DNA from: Candidatus Micrarchaeia archaeon
GTDB lineage: Archaea > Micrarchaeota > Micrarchaeia > Micrarchaeales > CABMGC01
Length of the DNA stretch: 10,026 bases
Reading direction: 5' to 3'
Assembly (NCBI GenBank): GCA_049966395.1
Contig: JBMFUT010000024.1
Coordinates: 221-10,246, forward strand
Shown here piece by piece: positions 6,677 through 10,026 of this stretch. Under the pieces are notes generated by a model, which was given only the letters and a program-made list of their open reading frames with translations, searched no databases and was not told the origin of the DNA. Numbering within the stretch: position 1 is the first letter of the stretch; each line of letters begins with the position of its first letter. Both the position numbers and the translations under genes were made by a program.

Positions 6677-8409
6677 CTCTTCATCTTCTTCTCCACAAAG
6701 AAGCTTCCAATGGCAAGATACTCGGCACCTGTGTTTTCAAGGGTCCAGAGCGCGTCCTCGGGGCTCATCACTATAGGCACGCCGTGCTTGTTGAAGCTCG
6801 TGTTGAGAAGCGCACCTATGCCTATTTTCTTCTTCAAGGAAAGGATAAGCTCCCTGTAGAGCGGGTTTTCGCTGCCGAGGATCTGGGGCCTTGTTGTGCC
6901 GTCTATGTGCGATGCCGCAACTAGATCTCCGAAGCGCTCTTCAAACACCTTGTAGCCTACAGTCATGAATCTGTTTGGCCTTGGATAGCGCTCTAGAAGC
7001 TTTGGCGCATCTTCTTCTATTATTGTGCTGGCGAAAGGCTGGTAGTATGGCCTTTTCTTTATTATCAGGTTTATCCTGTCCCGGTTCTTGGGGTCCCCTG
7101 CATATGCCAAAACGCTCCTGTTGCCAAGCGCCCTTGGGCCGTATTCCATTCTTCCTTGGAACCACAGCACTATCTTGTTGTCGTTGGCGATGGCATCTGC
7201 GGTGTACTTGGCTATATTTTTTACCTCTTCGTATTCTATCTTGCCCTCGCTTTTCTTCTGCTTCAGGATTCTCTCTATTTGAGAATCGTCGTATGCGGGG
7301 CCATAGTAGAGATTGTCTATCTGTTTGTTGTTGAATTTACCGTGCTCCTTGTAGTCTAAATAATATGCGGCGCCCAAGGCAAGCCCTCCGTCGCCCATGT
7401 GCGGGAAGACGAAAAAGTCTTTTACTTCAGGCAGCTCGTTTATAAGCATGTTTGTTATGACGTTTGAGAAGAATCCCCCTGCAACTGCAACGTTCCTTAT
7501 CTTTGTCTCGCTTATGTATTGCTTCACTATCTTCAGCACCTGATCCTCAACATGCTTCTGTACGGCGTATGCAAAGGCCTCCCTGTTGTATTTCCAAAGC
7601 AGCTTGTCCTTCATGTATTCCGCCAATAGGTACTCGAATTTCTTGCCGTTATTGCTCACTAGCTTCCTTTCCTTTTCATCGTATCTGACAATCTCGTTAA
7701 GCTCTTTTATTTCGGCAGGGTATGAGTACGCAGCGAGGCTCATTAGCTTGCCCTCGTCCTCGCTGTAACGCATGTCGCAGGCAACGGTGGCCGCGCCGTA
7801 AAGTATGCCTATGCTTGCGCTCGCGTCAAACTGGTTTATCCTTTTCAGCTCTCCGTTGTCACCTATAGACACAGTGCCGCTGAGGCCGTCGCCGGCACCG
7901 TCTAGGGTTATGACTAGCACCTCCTTGAAGCCAGAAGCATAATATGCGCTTGCGGCATGGGCGAGGTGATGCTCCACGAAAACTATTTTCTTGTCAAGGC
8001 CAGCGCTTCTGAGCCTTGCTGATAGCAGCGATCCGCCTATTGAAGTGCCAAATGCCTTCCATGCGCCGCGCGGCTTCTGGTTCTGAACAAGCCTGAATAT
8101 TGCGTTTCTCATGTGCATGCTGAGCTTCGATGGCTTTGGCAGCTCCTTTCGCCAGAGCTTCCTTCTCTTTTTCTCAAGGCTCGGAAGCATCCTTGCAAAA
8201 AGCGCGCTGCCTCCTATCCATGCCACTGCGACCTTTTCTATTTCGTCAGAGCTGGCGAGGTTGAGCAGGTACTTTATAGAGTTGCTCGGGAAGCCCACAT
8301 CGTTCTTGAGCTTTGTGAATCGCTCCTCGTTTACCGCTCCTATGACGCTGCCGCCAGAAACGACTGCTGCCCCTGCATCATGCGCGTCATGAATACCCAA
8401 TATTGCCAT
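6673..8409 (-). CDS. O-carbamoyltransferase, NodU/CmcH/TobZ family
   Basis: ILGI...HDAGAA, EERFTKLK, EHHLAHAASAY, DGAGD, EGKLMSLA, AGG..N, MGDGG, GRMEYGPRALGNRS, PFA, HIDGTTRPQ and LNTSFNKHG motifs. Confidence 0.95.
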   Translation of the reverse strand: MAILGIHDAHDAGAAVVSGGSVIGAVNEERFTKLKNDVGFPSNSIKYLLNLASSDEIEKVAVAWIGGSALFARMLPSLEKKRRKLWRKELPKPSKLSMHMRNAIFRLVQNQKPRGAWKAFGTSIGGSLLSARLRSAGLDKKIVFVEHHLAHAASAYYASGFKEVLVITLDGAGDGLSGTVSIGDNGELKRINQFDASASIGILYGAATVACDMRYSEDEGKLMSLAAYSYPAEIKELNEIVRYDEKERKLVSNNGKKFEYLLAEYMKDKLLWKYNREAFAYAVQKHVEDQVLKIVKQYISETKIRNVAVAGGFFSNVITNMLINELPEVKDFFVFPHMGDGGLALGAAYYLDYKEHGKFNNKQIDNLYYGPAYDDSQIERILKQKKSEGKIEYEEVKNIAKYTADAIANDNKIVLWFQGRMEYGPRALGNRSVLAYAGDPKNRDRINLIIKKRPYYQPFASTIIEEDAPKLLERYPRPNRFMTVGYKVFEERFGDLVAASHIDGTTRPQILGSENPLYRELILSLKKKIGIGALLNTSFNKHGVPIVMSPEDALWTLENTGAEYLAIGSFFVEKKMKR

Positions 8410-8437
8410 AATACCACAGAATTTGACTACACCAATT

Positions 8438-8458
8438 GATTTTTAAATTTTAAATACT
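8438..8458. promoter_or_regulatory. AT-rich bidirectional TATA region between the divergent carbamoyltransferase and methyltransferase genes
   Basis: GATTTTTAAATTTTAAATACT holds two TTTAAA cores, each readable as a TATA box on either strand. It lies about 30 nt upstream of ATG 8409 and about 55 nt upstream of GTG 8510. Confidence 0.55.
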
Positions 8459-8509
8459 TATCCTTATTTGCCTGCAGAGCAGCGCGTGCTTTGAAGGAAA
8501 GGTAATTTA

Positions 8510-9184
8510 GTGGAGGGGTTTCTGGACAGGCTTTTCTCTTCTCTTAGCAGCAACTACGACAGGGTGAGCAAAGCGCTGAGCTTCGGCTTCGACAGCGTGT
8601 GGAGAGCGCAGATAGAGAAGGAGATAGCCGACATGAAAAATGCGAGGGTGCTAGACGTTGCGACTGGCACTGGCAGCGTTGCAATAGACATAGCTAGGAA
8701 GCACAAGGACTTCAAGGTGACCGGCATAGACTTCAACAAGGAGATGCTTGGCGTTGCTAGGGAAAAGAGCGTAGGGCTCAAGAACGTAAGGTATGTCGAG
8801 GCAGACGCTGAGTCGCTCTCCTTGGCAGACGGCAGCTTTGATGCTGTGGTTTCGGCGTTCTCGCTTGGCAACTTCAACGATGCGGGCAAGGCGATAGAGG
8901 AGATGCACAGGGTGCTAAGCAAGGGCGGAAGGCTTGTCCTTCTTGACATGTCAAAAAGGAGGAGTGCTATAGCCAAAAAGCTGGCAGGCATGTACTATTA
9001 TGCTAGGTTGGCGCCTGCGCTCAACAACATGATGAGGAAGGAAGTAGAGGAATACATCCACAGCAGCTATTTTGAAGTAGACGCTAACAACATAATATCA
9101 TTCCTCAAGGCAAAGGGATTCTCGATGATAAGGATCAGAAAGCTTGGTTTCGGGGCAGCTTTCATAATTACTGCTGTCAAATAG
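8510..9184 (+). CDS. Class I SAM-dependent methyltransferase, UbiE/MenG/COQ5-like
   Basis: YD...LSFG.D..WR, VLDVATGTG, GIDFN..ML, DAE.L...DGSFD.V..AF.L.N and EMHRVL.KGGRL motifs. The substrate cannot be determined from sequence. Confidence 0.88.
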   Translation: MEGFLDRLFSSLSSNYDRVSKALSFGFDSVWRAQIEKEIADMKNARVLDVATGTGSVAIDIARKHKDFKVTGIDFNKEMLGVAREKSVGLKNVRYVEADAESLSLADGSFDAVVSAFSLGNFNDAGKAIEEMHRVLSKGGRLVLLDMSKRRSAIAKKLAGMYYYARLAPALNNMMRKEVEEYIHSSYFEVDANNIISFLKAKGFSMIRIRKLGFGAAFIITAVK

Positions 9185-9186
9185 CG

Positions 9187-10017
9187 TTATGGGGCAAACG
9201 CTATTGCTGCATATGCCACTACGGAACTGTAGTCTTTATTATAGTCGCCAGAATTTGCATACTTGAGCAAGTAGCCCTTATTTGCGCCCCTTGCCCTTGC
9301 GGTCATAGCTGCCACTGTTATAGGACCATAACCGCAGGCGGTGTCGTTTGAATTCCTCAACAGCTTGTTGAAGCCCGCGTAATCAATTTTTTCTAACGCT
9401 TCTATTGCAGGAAGGTCTTTCTTCCTTGCAACATCGGCAGATTCGTAGTGGTTGAAATCAGAGCTTGCTATCAATGCAAAGTTTCTTCCAAGAGCTCTCG
9501 CAGCGTCTAAGATCGCTTTGCTCAGAAGCGCTGCGGAATCCATAGACTGGTCGCCCATGCAAATAAAAACGCATCTTGGCCTTTTTACAACATGCTGAAG
9601 GAATGGCAACTGCACCTCTACAGAATGTTCATACGCATGCGCAGACTCGTCTATCGCTATCTGCCTCTTGGAGGCAATTGCCCGCGACAGTTCTATGTCG
9701 TTTTCTACGACTCCAAAAGGGGTTTCCCAGTCTTCAGCCGACAGAGAAATAGGATTACCATAGCCAGTGTGGTTGGGCCCTATTATGACGAAACTGTCGA
9801 AACGCCGAGCCTTGTCAGCGGCTTCCAGCGCCTTGTAAGCGTATGCCGCAACTTTGCCTGAATAGATATACCCAGCATGCGGCGCGACAAAAGAGGAAGC
9901 GCCGGAAATTGCTGCATTGTCAACTTTTGCTTCTTCCAATGCGGCCTTTATGAAAGCCCTGAGCTCCGGGGCAGAGTCCGGATAGAATGCACCCGCAACT
10001 GCCGGTTTTCTAACCAT
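9187..10017 (-). CDS. MEMO1-family protein (AmmeMemoRadiSam system protein B)
   Basis: RKPAVAGAFYP, PHAGYIYSG, IGPNHTG, WETPFG, EHSVEVQLPFLQ, ASSDFNHY, CGYGP and SVVAYAA motifs. Confidence 0.95.
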   Translation of the reverse strand: MVRKPAVAGAFYPDSAPELRAFIKAALEEAKVDNAAISGASSFVAPHAGYIYSGKVAAYAYKALEAADKARRFDSFVIIGPNHTGYGNPISLSAEDWETPFGVVENDIELSRAIASKRQIAIDESAHAYEHSVEVQLPFLQHVVKRPRCVFICMGDQSMDSAALLSKAILDAARALGRNFALIASSDFNHYESADVARKKDLPAIEALEKIDYAGFNKLLRNSNDTACGYGPITVAAMTARARGANKGYLLKYANSGDYNKDYSSVVAYAAIAFAP

Positions 10018-10026
10018 GCTACCACG

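Noticed and set aside
2179..9861. Remaining short antisense or alternate-frame ORFs (e.g. 2449-2943, 3110-3532, 3650-4246, 6975-7334, 8554-8991, 9592-9861)
   Set aside because: They overlap well-supported genes and have no recognisable motifs.

Overview
This is an archaeal window, most likely DPANN/Micrarchaeota-like. That assignment is inferred from TATA/BRE promoters, GGTG-type ribosome-binding sites and an 'AQSxxEYxxTYxWAxLI' class III signal peptide. From left to right it holds: (1) a large minus-strand surface protein missed by the ORF track (1618 to <1, at least 539 aa), with a pilin-type signal peptide, a Cys-paired domain, a Big-1 Ig-like domain, an InlB-B-repeat-like domain and a Ser/Thr stalk of at least 100 residues; (2) a divergent plus-strand operon of a ribbon-helix-helix regulator, a hypothetical gene, cysD and cysN, preceded by a perfect 26-bp palindrome over its promoter; (3) a convergent minus-strand operon of a NodU/CmcH carbamoyltransferase, a Thr-type sulfatase-like enzyme and a GT4 glycosyltransferase; (4) a UbiE/MenG-like SAM methyltransferase and a MEMO1-family (AmmeMemoRadiSam B) gene. 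The best overall hypothesis is a regulated locus that tailors surface glycans (sulfate activation, carbamoylation, glycosylation) next to a heavily glycosylated adhesin. All family assignments come from motif recognition by eye; no searches were run.
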